Shown piece by piece: positions 8,710-17,547 of a stretch of 62,704 bases of DNA. Source of the stretch: Rhodoplanes serenus (GTDB lineage: Bacteria; Pseudomonadota; Alphaproteobacteria; Rhizobiales; Xanthobacteraceae). Within the stretch, counting starts at the first letter, position 1, and each line of letters opens with the position of its first letter. Location: NCBI GenBank assembly GCA_945893085.1, contig CAMDEB010000001.1, positions 1-62,704 on the forward strand. The letters are read 5' to 3'. A program made the position numbers and the translations under genes. Below the pieces are notes generated by a model. That model made no database searches. It worked only from the letters and a program-made list of their open reading frames with translations, and was not told the DNA's origin.

Positions 8710-10239
8710 ATGCTCTTCAGCTCCTATGATTTTCTGTTGTTGTTTCTGCCCACCGCGGTTGTTGGATTTTATGCGCTTGGTCGCCTCGGCGGCGCAATGG
8801 CCGCGCTCGTCTGGCTGCTGCTCTGCTCATTCTTCTTCTACGGCTGGTGGAGCCCGGCTTTCCTTTTTCTGCTGATTGCATCCTGCGCCGTCAACGCCGC
8901 GCTTGGTTACTATCTCACAAGTACGCAGGCACCGCGCGGGTCGCGCCGCTCGGTCGCCGCGCTCGGCATCGCCTTCAATCTCGGGACGCTGATCTATTTC
9001 AAATATGCCGGCTTCATCGCATCCAATGTCGAAGCCGTCACTGGTCGTCACTTCGATCTTGGGTCGATCGTGTTGCCGCTCGGTATTTCATTCTTCGTGT
9101 TTCAGAAGATCGCGTTCCTCGCCGACGCTTATCGGAACGAGGTCGAGGCGTTCTCCATCCGGCGGTTTTTTCTGTTCGTGTTCTTCTTCCCGCAGCTCAT
9201 TGCGGGGCCCATCGTTCATCACCGCGAGATCATGCCGCAGATGAACGAGCAGCTCGGCACCCGCGTCGATTGGGCCGGGCTCGCCATGGGGCTGACCATC
9301 TTCATCGTGGGGCTGTTCAAGAAGACGGTCATCGCCGACGGCATCGGGCCCTACGCCACGTCGGTGTTCGACGCGGCCGCGAGCGGGACAAACGTACCCT
9401 TCGTCGAGGCATGGTGCGGCACGCTGGCCTACACGTTCCAGCTCTATTTCGATTTCTCTGGCTATTCCGACATGGCGATCGGGCTAGCGCTGTTGTTCGG
9501 GCTGCGGCTGCCGGTCAACTTTGCCTCGCCCTACAAGGCCGCGAGCCTGATCGATTTTTGGCACCGCTGGCATATCACGCTGTCACGTTTCCTGCGCGAT
9601 TATCTGTACATTCCGCTCGGCGGGGGGCGGACCGGCACTCCGCGCCGGCTCGCCAATGTGCTGATCGTGATGATGCTCGGCGGCTTCTGGCATGGTGCGG
9701 GCTGGACGTTTCTGCTGTGGGGTACGCTGCACGGGATCGGGCTGATCGCGAATCACGCCTGGCGGCTGGTGCGCGGGCCGCGCGGCGGAAGCTCGGTCTG
9801 GGCCGGCCGCATCGCCACCTTCATGTTCGTCGCGCTCGCCTGGATTCCCTTCCGCGCCGCCGATCTGGACTCGACGATGCTGATGTTCCGCGGCGTCTTC
9901 GGGCTGAACGGCATCGTGTTGCCGGAGACCTATCTGCCGAAGCTCGGCGCAATCGGGGCGTGGGCCGCGACGCATGGCGTCACCTTCGAGACCGGCCATT
10001 TGTTCCAGGGCGTGCAGGAGCTGGCCTGGCTTGCGGTTCTGCTTGCCGCGGTCTGGCTGCTGCCGAACACGGCGGAATGGGCGCGCTACTCTCTCGTTCC
10101 GGAGCGCGCCGAGGCACCACGCGCCGCCTGGCTGACTTGGCGGCCGACATTGTATTGGGCCGGAGCGGTTTCGGCCGGCGCTGTCGTCGCCTTGCTGCAT
10201 GTCGGCCGAGGCGGCGAATTCCTGTATTTCCAGTTCTGA
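8710..10239 (+). CDS. MBOAT family O-acyltransferase (AlgI/PatA-like)
   Basis: MLFSS, LPLGISFF, FFPQLIAGPI, QLYFDFSGYSDMAIG, FWHRWHITLS, GFWHGAGW, C-terminal FLYFQF. Confidence 0.95.
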   Translation: MLFSSYDFLLLFLPTAVVGFYALGRLGGAMAALVWLLLCSFFFYGWWSPAFLFLLIASCAVNAALGYYLTSTQAPRGSRRSVAALGIAFNLGTLIYFKYAGFIASNVEAVTGRHFDLGSIVLPLGISFFVFQKIAFLADAYRNEVEAFSIRRFFLFVFFFPQLIAGPIVHHREIMPQMNEQLGTRVDWAGLAMGLTIFIVGLFKKTVIADGIGPYATSVFDAAASGTNVPFVEAWCGTLAYTFQLYFDFSGYSDMAIGLALLFGLRLPVNFASPYKAASLIDFWHRWHITLSRFLRDYLYIPLGGGRTGTPRRLANVLIVMMLGGFWHGAGWTFLLWGTLHGIGLIANHAWRLVRGPRGGSSVWAGRIATFMFVALAWIPFRAADLDSTMLMFRGVFGLNGIVLPETYLPKLGAIGAWAATHGVTFETGHLFQGVQELAWLAVLLAAVWLLPNTAEWARYSLVPERAEAPRAAWLTWRPTLYWAGAVSAGAVVALLHVGRGGEFLYFQF

Positions 10240-10245
10240 CGCCGC

Positions 10246-11403
10246 ATGCGCGCCTCCCGCTACCTCATCGCAGTGCTCGTTTCGGCAGGCCTGATCGTGG
10301 CGGCCTGCCTGCTTTTTCTCTATCGCGGTGGCGAACTTACGCCGCTTCGCACGATCGCGAGCGAGCAGCAGCGGCACGGCGGGCTCTACGGCACGGCCGT
10401 TCATGCCGACACCTACGCCTACAAGTTTGCGCTGGTACAGGCCCGCGAGCCCGATGTGGCCGTGATCGGCTCTTCGCGCGTGCTGACGTTCCGCCAGGAG
10501 CTGTTCGGCGCGGGCATGGTCAACATGGGACTAACCGCGAGCTCCACCGAGCAGATGGAAGGCGCGGTGCGCGATCTGCTGCGAACGCGAAAGCCGCGGG
10601 TAGCGATCCTCGGCGTCGATCATTACTGGGGCAATCCGGCCTGGGTGCGAACGCTCGACGCGCGCAACTTGCCGGCCCAGAGCCGGATCGTGCCGAACAT
10701 CATGCTTCCCGTCCAATGGCTACTCGACCGGAAGATTTCGGCCGGCGATTTTTTCGCCGGTCTCGTCGGCACCGTTTCGCTGGTGAGCGGCTCTGCCTAT
10801 GCCTGGGGCTGGAGCGCGATCAGGACCGGCGACGGCTTTGCCGCCGACGGGTCCTACGTCTATGGCGCGACGCTGTACGGTCGGTCGCCCGCGGCCGATC
10901 CGCAATTTCGCGACATTCTCAGTCGCGTGACCGGTGGCCGTGCGCAGTTCGCCTATGGCGATGCGGTGTCGGAGCCTGCGGCCGCTGCCTACGATCGCAC
11001 GATCGCATTACTGCGCGATGCCGGCGTTCGTGTTGTCGTGCTCATTCCGCCGGTTGCGCCCGTGGTGTACCGCGAGATCGCCGCGCGCCGGACGTCCGGC
11101 TATCGCTACATGCAGCCGTTCCTCGACCGGATCGCGCGATCGGGCGTGGCGGTGTTCGACTATCTCGATCCTTCGGCGTTCGGCGGCCTGCCTTGCGAAT
11201 TCGTCGATGGGTTCCACATCGGCGACGTTGGCGCGGCGCGGATGCTTAAAACGATGAGCGGCGCGCTCGGGCCCGGCACGATCGATGGCGGGCGCGTGGA
11301 GGAGGCCATCACCAGGCGCGCCGGTTACGCGAGCCTCGACGACCGCTTCGCGCGCCTGGGCGAGCGGGAAACCGACTTTCTGGGGCTCAGATGCGCCCGC
11401 TGA
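10246..11403 (+). CDS. Membrane-anchored SGNH-like protein, MBOAT partner (AlgJ/PatB/DltD-like)
   Basis: N-terminal TM segment, IGSSR block, late DGFH (DxxH). Lies 6 nt after the MBOAT gene. Confidence 0.7.
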   Translation: MRASRYLIAVLVSAGLIVAACLLFLYRGGELTPLRTIASEQQRHGGLYGTAVHADTYAYKFALVQAREPDVAVIGSSRVLTFRQELFGAGMVNMGLTASSTEQMEGAVRDLLRTRKPRVAILGVDHYWGNPAWVRTLDARNLPAQSRIVPNIMLPVQWLLDRKISAGDFFAGLVGTVSLVSGSAYAWGWSAIRTGDGFAADGSYVYGATLYGRSPAADPQFRDILSRVTGGRAQFAYGDAVSEPAAAAYDRTIALLRDAGVRVVVLIPPVAPVVYREIAARRTSGYRYMQPFLDRIARSGVAVFDYLDPSAFGGLPCEFVDGFHIGDVGAARMLKTMSGALGPGTIDGGRVEEAITRRAGYASLDDRFARLGERETDFLGLRCAR

Positions 11404-11541
11404 ACGGTGCAGGACAGGGGCCTTTCGAGAGCGCAGAGTGGGTGTTGCTGTCGGCCAGCTGGAGCTACTTCATATCGTTAACGCGCGGTCGGTGACCGCG
11501 AAGAATGGCCCCGCAGCGACTTTCCCAGACACGTCCCAAAC

Positions 11542-11571
11542 TTGACGTTCAAAAGCTGAACATGGTACGTC
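11542..11571 (+). promoter_or_regulatory. Predicted sigma70 promoter of the pse/NulO operon containing a second copy of the GTTCA-N5-TGAAC operator
   Basis: TTGACG at 11542, cGTTCA-aaagc-TGAACA at 11546-11562, weak -10 TACGTC at 11566. Confidence 0.55.
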
Positions 11572-11581
11572 ACCTTGCCTT

Positions 11582-11614
11582 GGTGACCCCCTTTGTCACC
11601 CGGACTGCGGTAGC
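11582..11614 (+). promoter_or_regulatory. Leader hairpin followed by an ops-like element
   Basis: GGTGAC(11582-87)/GTCACC(11595-600) stem, then GCGGTAGC at 11607-11614, a partial match to ops GGCGGTAGnnTG. Confidence 0.3.
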
Positions 11615-11728
11615 TATTCGGGCCTGCTTGTCGGATTTGGCCTGAAGCCGCAGAGCCCTCAAAAACCTCAACAATAGAGCCCGATCTTGCATAAATTGCT
11701 GCCAGGCGGCGCGTTGGCTCGGGAGTAC

Positions 11729-12730
11729 GTGGATTTCACCGGCTGCTCCGTCCTGATCACCGGCGGAACCGGTTCGTTTGGGCAGCTTTGCACCCGGACC
11801 ATCCTCCGAAAGTTCACCGATGTGCGGCTCGTCGTGCTGTCGCGAGACGAGCACAAGCAGTACGACATGGCGCATGATCTGGGTGCTGACAGCGCGCGCG
11901 TGCGCTTCTTCATCGGCGACGTTCGCGACGGCGGCCGCCTGAAGATGGCGATGCGCGACGTCGACTACGTGATCCATGCGGCCGCGCTCAAGCACGTGTC
12001 GATCGCCGAATACAATCCTTTCGAGTGCATCCAGACCAACGTCATCGGCGCCGAGCAGGTGGTGCAGGCTGCGATCGCAAACAATGTCAAGAAGGTCATC
12101 GCGCTCTCGACCGACAAGGCGGCCAACCCGATCAATCTCTACGGCGCGAGCAAGCTTGCCTCCGACAAGATATTCGTCGCGGCCAATAGCCTCGCCGGCA
12201 AGGACGGCACCCGCTTCGCCGTCGTCCGCTACGGCAACGTGGTCGGCTCGCGCGGCAGCGTGGTGCCGTTTTTTCAGCGGCTGATCGATCAGAAGGCCAC
12301 CGAGCTGCCGATCACCGATCCGCGCATGACGCGATTCTGGATCACGCTCGATCAGGGCATCGACTTCGTGCTGTCTTGCTTTGCGATGATGCGCGGCGGC
12401 GAGATTTTCGTGCCGAAGATTCCGAGCATGAAGGTCGTCGATCTCGCGACCGCGCTCGCGCCGCAGCTCGGAACCAAGATCGTCGGCATCCGGCCGGGCG
12501 AGAAGCTGCATGAGGTCATGGTGACGACGGACGACTCGCGCACCACGGTCGAACTCCCTGACCGCTACGTGATCGAGCCACAGTTCAGCTTCTGGTCGAG
12601 CTCCCGGCCGACGCTGCCGGGAGCCAAGCCCGTCGCCGAAGGCTTCAGCTACGCGAGCGACAACAACAGCCAATGGCTCGACCTCGAAGGTATGCGCAAG
12701 CTTCTTGCCCCGGCGGTTCGCTCCGCATGA
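11729..12730 (+). CDS. pseB: UDP-N-acetylglucosamine 4,6-dehydratase (inverting)
   Basis: TGGTGSFG, SRDEHKQ, HAAALKHV, ALSTDKAANPINLYGASK, RYGNVVGSRGSV, GIRPGEKLHE. GTG start after a GGGAG RBS. Confidence 0.95.
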   Translation: MDFTGCSVLITGGTGSFGQLCTRTILRKFTDVRLVVLSRDEHKQYDMAHDLGADSARVRFFIGDVRDGGRLKMAMRDVDYVIHAAALKHVSIAEYNPFECIQTNVIGAEQVVQAAIANNVKKVIALSTDKAANPINLYGASKLASDKIFVAANSLAGKDGTRFAVVRYGNVVGSRGSVVPFFQRLIDQKATELPITDPRMTRFWITLDQGIDFVLSCFAMMRGGEIFVPKIPSMKVVDLATALAPQLGTKIVGIRPGEKLHEVMVTTDDSRTTVELPDRYVIEPQFSFWSSSRPTLPGAKPVAEGFSYASDNNSQWLDLEGMRKLLAPAVRSA

Positions 12731-13941
12731 GCGGCGTGCTGCCCTACGGCAGGCAAAGCGTCAGCGAGGACGACATCGCCGCGGTTGTGCGCGTGCTGCG
12801 CTCGGACTGGCTGACCCAGGGGCCGCTGGTCGAGGACTTCGAGGCGGGCATCCGCAATGCGACCGGCGCGGCCCACGCTGTCGCCTGCAACAGCGGCACC
12901 GCGGCACTGCATCTGGCCACGATGGCGGCCGGCTTGCGCGAAGGTCACGCAGCAATCGTGCCGGCGATCACCTTTGTCGCGACGGCAAACGCGGTGCGCA
13001 TGACCGGCGCGGAGGTCGTGTTCGCCGACGTCGATCCACAGACTGGACGAATGGACGCGAGCACACTCGAAGCGGCGTTCGCGCGTGCTGGGGCCGGCAG
13101 CCAGAAAATCCATGCGGTGCTGCCGGTGCATCTGGGTGGCGCGGCGTCGTCGGTGGCGGAGATCGCAGCCGTGAGCGGCCGCCGCAACGCGATGGTGATC
13201 GAGGATGCGTGCCACGCGCTCGGCGGCAGCCATCCCGACTCGCGGGGGCGGACGGTTCCGGCCGGCTCCTGTAGCGATAGCGCGATGGCCTGCTTCTCGT
13301 TTCATCCGGTCAAGCCGGTGACGACGGCGGAGGGCGGGGCGGTCACGACCAACGACGCGGTGCTCGCGGCACACATGCAGCGCTTGCGCAGCCACGGCCT
13401 GAACCGGCAGCCGGACCTGCTGGAAAATCGCGCGGAAGGTTTCGCTGCGTCGGGCGAGGTCAATCCCTGGTACTATGAGATGCCCGAGATTGGCTGGAAC
13501 TATCGCATCAGCGATATCCAGTGCGCGCTGGGCGTGTCGCAGCTCGAACAGCTCGTAGCCTTCCGCAGCCATCGCGATGCCCTGGCGCGGCAATATCGCC
13601 GCTTGCTCGCGCCGCTCGTGCCCTCGATCGTTCCGGCGCCCGAAGCGGAGGGCGTGCAGTCGGGCCATCATCTGTTCGTCGTGCTCATCGACTTCGATGC
13701 GCTGGGCCTCACACGGGCTCATGTGATGAAGGAGCTTCGGCAGCAGGGCGTGGGCACACAGGTTCATTACATTCCGGTGCCGTGGCAGCCATATTATGCA
13801 AGCCGCTACGGCAAGGGCGACTATCCGGGCGCCGCGCGCTACTACCGCCGCTGTCTTTCGCTGCCGCTGTTTGCGACGATGGGCGAAGCCGATGTGCCTC
13901 GCGTCGTCGAAACTCTGGCGAAGGTGCTCAAGCTTCAATGA
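12727..13941 (+). CDS. pseC: UDP-4-amino-4,6-dideoxy-N-acetyl-beta-L-altrosamine transaminase
   Basis: LPYGRQ, WLTQGP, EDACHALG, FSFHPVK (PLP Lys), GWNYR, QVHYIPV. ATGA overlap with pseB. Confidence 0.92.
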   Translation: MSGVLPYGRQSVSEDDIAAVVRVLRSDWLTQGPLVEDFEAGIRNATGAAHAVACNSGTAALHLATMAAGLREGHAAIVPAITFVATANAVRMTGAEVVFADVDPQTGRMDASTLEAAFARAGAGSQKIHAVLPVHLGGAASSVAEIAAVSGRRNAMVIEDACHALGGSHPDSRGRTVPAGSCSDSAMACFSFHPVKPVTTAEGGAVTTNDAVLAAHMQRLRSHGLNRQPDLLENRAEGFAASGEVNPWYYEMPEIGWNYRISDIQCALGVSQLEQLVAFRSHRDALARQYRRLLAPLVPSIVPAPEAEGVQSGHHLFVVLIDFDALGLTRAHVMKELRQQGVGTQVHYIPVPWQPYYASRYGKGDYPGAARYYRRCLSLPLFATMGEADVPRVVETLAKVLKLQ

Positions 13942-14480
13942 TGCTGCGGCGGCCACTCGCCGATGGCGCGGTGATGCTGAACGCGCTTGATGCGTCCGCC
14001 GCCGAAGGCCCGTATCTCGGATGGATGCACGACGCCGAGATCGGGCGATTTCTCGAATCCCGCTTCAGTTCGCATTCGGTTGAAAGCCTTGCCCGATTTA
14101 TCCGTGCGTCCAACGCCGCGCCCAATATCCTGCTTGCCGGAATTATCCTCGACGGGTGCCACGTCGGGAACATCAAGTTGACTTTGGATCATCATCATCG
14201 GCGTGCCGAGATCGGTATCGTCGTCGGCGACCGCGAGGTCTGGGGCCGCGGCGTGGCGCGCACGGCGATCAGGCTCGTCTCCGCGCACGCGTTCGACGAG
14301 CTTTCGATGAGCAAGCTTTCGGCGGGCTGCTACGCGGATAACATCGGTTCGATCCGCGCCTTCGAGGCGGCGGGATTTCACCGAGAGGCGGTGCGGCCGG
14401 GGCACTATATCTGCGACGGCAGGCGCGTCGACGGCGTCTATTTGGCGCGATTCATTGCGGGCCATGAGGGCCAGGCGTGA
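13938..14480 (+). CDS. GNAT N-acetyltransferase (RimL/PseH-like)
   Basis: YLGWMHD, HVGNIKL, EIGIVVGD..WGRG, NIGSIRAFEAAGF. ATGA overlap with pseC. Confidence 0.85.
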   Translation: MMLRRPLADGAVMLNALDASAAEGPYLGWMHDAEIGRFLESRFSSHSVESLARFIRASNAAPNILLAGIILDGCHVGNIKLTLDHHHRRAEIGIVVGDREVWGRGVARTAIRLVSAHAFDELSMSKLSAGCYADNIGSIRAFEAAGFHREAVRPGHYICDGRRVDGVYLARFIAGHEGQA

Positions 14481-15487
14481 GCCCGCGGCGCATCGGCGTT
14501 CTCGGTCTCGGTTCGATCGGGATGAGGCATGCGAGAAATCTCGCGCGGCTCGGCTGCGATGTTCTGGGCCACGACCCATCGGTGGACGCGTCGCGCGCGT
14601 TCGAAAGCGAATTCGGCCGCGCGGCGACAGCCAGCCGCGAACAAGTGTTTGCGGAGTCGAGCGCCGTCGTCGTGGCGACGCCGAACCGCTTTCACCTTGA
14701 CGATATTCGCGACGCCATCGTCGCGGGAAAGCCTGCGTTGGTGGAGAAGCCGCTCGGCCACGATGCCGAGCTTGCGGCGCACCTCGTCCGGCTCGCGGCC
14801 GCGCGCGGCGTGATGCTCGCGGTGTCTCACAATCTGCGTTTCAGGCCGGTGGTGCGGCAGGTGAGAAAACTTCTGGACGAGGGCGTGATCGGCAAGCCGG
14901 CATGGGCGCGGTTTTGTTGCGCTTCGTGGTTGCCGGACTGGCGGCCGGGTCGCGATTACCGGACCAACTACGCGGCCGATCCGGAGACCGGCGGGGTCAT
15001 CTTCGATTCCATTCATGAATTAGACCTCGCCGTCCATTTGCTCGGTTCGGCCGCACTCCGGAGCGCGGCCGCCCAGCGCACCGGGCTTCTCGATATCGCC
15101 TCGGAAGACCTCGCGGATATCGTGCTGGATCACGAGAGCGGCTGCCAGACCGCGGTGCACCTCGACTACGTGACCCGGCCGCGGCGGCGCGTGCTGGAGA
15201 TCGGCGACCCCGGCGGGGCGTTGTTCGCCGACCTGCGCACGGGGAATGTGAAGGTCACAGGCATCGACGGCACCGTTCGCGCCGACGAGACGCAGCCTTT
15301 CGATCCGAATGGCGAATACCTCGCCGCGATGCAGGATTTCCTCGATGCCTCGAACGGGGCGGGGAAGCCCGAATGCCCGGCTGCCGACGCGCTCGAAACG
15401 CTGCGTCTTGCTTGTGCGGCGCGCGGCATGGCCGGGCTGCCGCAGTCCAATTCGAGCAAGGCCTCGCGGCAGGGCGTGAGCCACTAG
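14477..15487 (+). CDS. Gfo/Idh/MocA family oxidoreductase
   Basis: GLGSIGMRH, VEKP, LPDWRP..DYR..Y, GGVIFDSIHELD. Confidence 0.9.
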   Translation: MSPRRIGVLGLGSIGMRHARNLARLGCDVLGHDPSVDASRAFESEFGRAATASREQVFAESSAVVVATPNRFHLDDIRDAIVAGKPALVEKPLGHDAELAAHLVRLAAARGVMLAVSHNLRFRPVVRQVRKLLDEGVIGKPAWARFCCASWLPDWRPGRDYRTNYAADPETGGVIFDSIHELDLAVHLLGSAALRSAAAQRTGLLDIASEDLADIVLDHESGCQTAVHLDYVTRPRRRVLEIGDPGGALFADLRTGNVKVTGIDGTVRADETQPFDPNGEYLAAMQDFLDASNGAGKPECPAADALETLRLACAARGMAGLPQSNSSKASRQGVSH

Positions 15488-15563
15488 CCCTTTGTGGCGC
15501 TGCCAGGCGCCGATTGACCAGCAATCCGATAGATTGAACCGAAGAGAAGAAAGGGAGACCGAA

Positions 15564-16517
15564 ATGCTCGGAGCCGCCAACAAGCCCGTTCCGGCCAAAC
15601 AGCAGTTCGACATCATGGATTATCCCACCAACGGCTGCGCCGACCTTGGCGTCGTCATCGATCCGAAGGAGTGCGCGAAACTGCGCGACTACATCGACAA
15701 GAACCGTCCAGTCGGCAAGCACATCTTCTACGAGTCGAAGGCCGAGTTCGAGGCGAGCGGGCGGTGGCAGAACTACGCACCGGGTACGCGCGATCACAAC
15801 TTCCTGCTGCGCAAGGAGATCGATCTCTCGTTCATCGAGTCAAATCCCACATTCGTGCGCTACATGCAGCAGCTTTGCGGCAGGGATTACCAGATCTTCA
15901 AGAAGTCGATCATCCGGTCGATGCCGCGCTGGGCGATCCCGGACTGGTGCGTTGCCACCGTGGAGGACGTCGGCCGTCCGAACATGAATCCCTACATCAG
16001 GGATGAATTCCAGGACGTTCAGTTCTTCTTCTTCACCGACTTCCATCAGGACAAGACGCGTCCAACCTCCGACTTTGTGACGGTCTATGTCTATCTCGAC
16101 GAGGTCGACGAGAAGTATTCCGCCCTGAAGATTTTGACTGAGAGCCACGTGCTCGGCATGACCGGCTATCCTCACTCGATCCGCTCGTCGGCCAAGCCCG
16201 GCCGCTACTTCTACTCCGACAACATCGGCAACACGATCGAGTGCGGCCTGAAGACCGTCACTGGCGAGGCGGGTTCGATCTCGATCTTCCATTGCATGAC
16301 GCTGCACGGCACCGGCCTCAACGACAGCTCGAACCCGCGCATCTCGCTCCGGTACCTGCTGACGAAGAGCACGGGGAACACCGAGGTGACGCTACACGAT
16401 CGCGCCAACGACAAGATCGTCGGCCCGAAAATGATGTTCCCCACCCGCTACGACGTGAACGTCGACGGCTCGTTCAAGAAGACCGGATCTTCGCTGATGT
16501 CACTCGGTCTCGGCTGA
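15564..16517 (+). CDS. PhyH-like Fe(II)/2-oxoglutarate dioxygenase
   Basis: FHQD (HxD), VYVYLDEV, ESH, GEAGS..FHCMTLHG, RISLRY. AGGGAG RBS before ATG 15564. Confidence 0.8.
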   Translation: MLGAANKPVPAKQQFDIMDYPTNGCADLGVVIDPKECAKLRDYIDKNRPVGKHIFYESKAEFEASGRWQNYAPGTRDHNFLLRKEIDLSFIESNPTFVRYMQQLCGRDYQIFKKSIIRSMPRWAIPDWCVATVEDVGRPNMNPYIRDEFQDVQFFFFTDFHQDKTRPTSDFVTVYVYLDEVDEKYSALKILTESHVLGMTGYPHSIRSSAKPGRYFYSDNIGNTIECGLKTVTGEAGSISIFHCMTLHGTGLNDSSNPRISLRYLLTKSTGNTEVTLHDRANDKIVGPKMMFPTRYDVNVDGSFKKTGSSLMSLGLG

Positions 16518-16526
16518 CCGGGCAGC

Positions 16527-17537
16527 TTGACGCGGGCGGTTACGGCGGGCAGCGCGTTGTGGGCTTTTCGGGTTGCGTCGCGTCCGGAAGACGGCGGAGG
16601 GCATGTCGTTCGCTGTCTTGTGCTCGCGGACGCGCTCGCGGCGCTAGGCCATCGGGTGACGTTCGTGCTGGATGAGAGTGGCATGCGCTGGAAGGCGGAC
16701 ATCGCCGGGCGGGGACACGATTGTGTCCCGGCCTCGGCGGCCATGCCGGACAACAACGCGGGAAGCCTGCTCGATGGCTATCATTTCGGCGAAGCCGAAA
16801 TCGCATCGTGGCGCGAGCGGTCGCGTGTGCTGGCGGCAGTGATCGATCACCAGGATATCCCGCGCTGGGCCGAGGTGGTCGTTGCACCAGGTTTGCCGGC
16901 CGGTGAGGGCGGCTCTGGCCCGGCGATTGTCATGGCCGGGCTCGAATATGCGCTGGTCGACCCGCGGTTCGTTCGCACCGAGCCGCGCTCGATTTCGAAC
17001 AAGGTCATGAACGTGCTCGTGAGCTTCGGCCAGCGGGACTCGAAGAATGCGACATGCCTCGCACTCGACGCGCTGGAGCAGCTCGCCGAGATGCAAGACC
17101 GGGGAGCCACGATCGTAGCCGCGCTCAGCAGCTCGGCGGTGCATTTTGCGACGGTCGAACAGCGAGTGCGCGCGTTGCCAAACGTCGTATGCGCGGCGGA
17201 TGCGGATATGGCGAAGTGTTATGCGCAGGCCGATCTCGTCATCGGCGGCGGCGGAGTGGGCCTGCTGGAACGGATGGCCGCGGGGCTGCCGTCGGTGTCG
17301 GTCGTGCTCGCCGGGAATCAGAAGCCGCAGATCGCGCTGTGCGCCGAGGCTGGCGGCACGCTCGATGCGGGTTCCATCGACGGTCTCCACGCAGCGGGCC
17401 TCGCGGACGCGATCGGATCCCTAGTGCGCTCGCCGGAGCGCCGCGCGGCGATGAGCGCCGCCGCCCGCCGCGCGGTCGATGGCGCGGGTGCACGACGTGT
17501 GGCCAGAACCATGTCGGAGCGGGCCGGTGTCCACTAG
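16527..17537 (+). CDS. pseG: UDP-2,4-diacetamido-2,4,6-trideoxy-beta-L-altropyranose hydrolase (PseG/SpsG)
   Basis: GGGHVVRCLVLA, DGYHF, GLEYALV, SFGQRD, GGGVGLLE, AGNQ, VDGAGARRV. Confidence 0.85.
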   Translation: MTRAVTAGSALWAFRVASRPEDGGGHVVRCLVLADALAALGHRVTFVLDESGMRWKADIAGRGHDCVPASAAMPDNNAGSLLDGYHFGEAEIASWRERSRVLAAVIDHQDIPRWAEVVVAPGLPAGEGGSGPAIVMAGLEYALVDPRFVRTEPRSISNKVMNVLVSFGQRDSKNATCLALDALEQLAEMQDRGATIVAALSSSAVHFATVEQRVRALPNVVCAADADMAKCYAQADLVIGGGGVGLLERMAAGLPSVSVVLAGNQKPQIALCAEAGGTLDAGSIDGLHAAGLADAIGSLVRSPERRAAMSAAARRAVDGAGARRVARTMSERAGVH

Positions 17538-17547
17538 CGGTGCGGCG

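Noticed and set aside
8847-11249. 800-aa alternative-frame ORF over the MBOAT/SGNH genes
   Set aside because: Arg/Pro-rich shadow frame with no motifs, typical of high-GC DNA.
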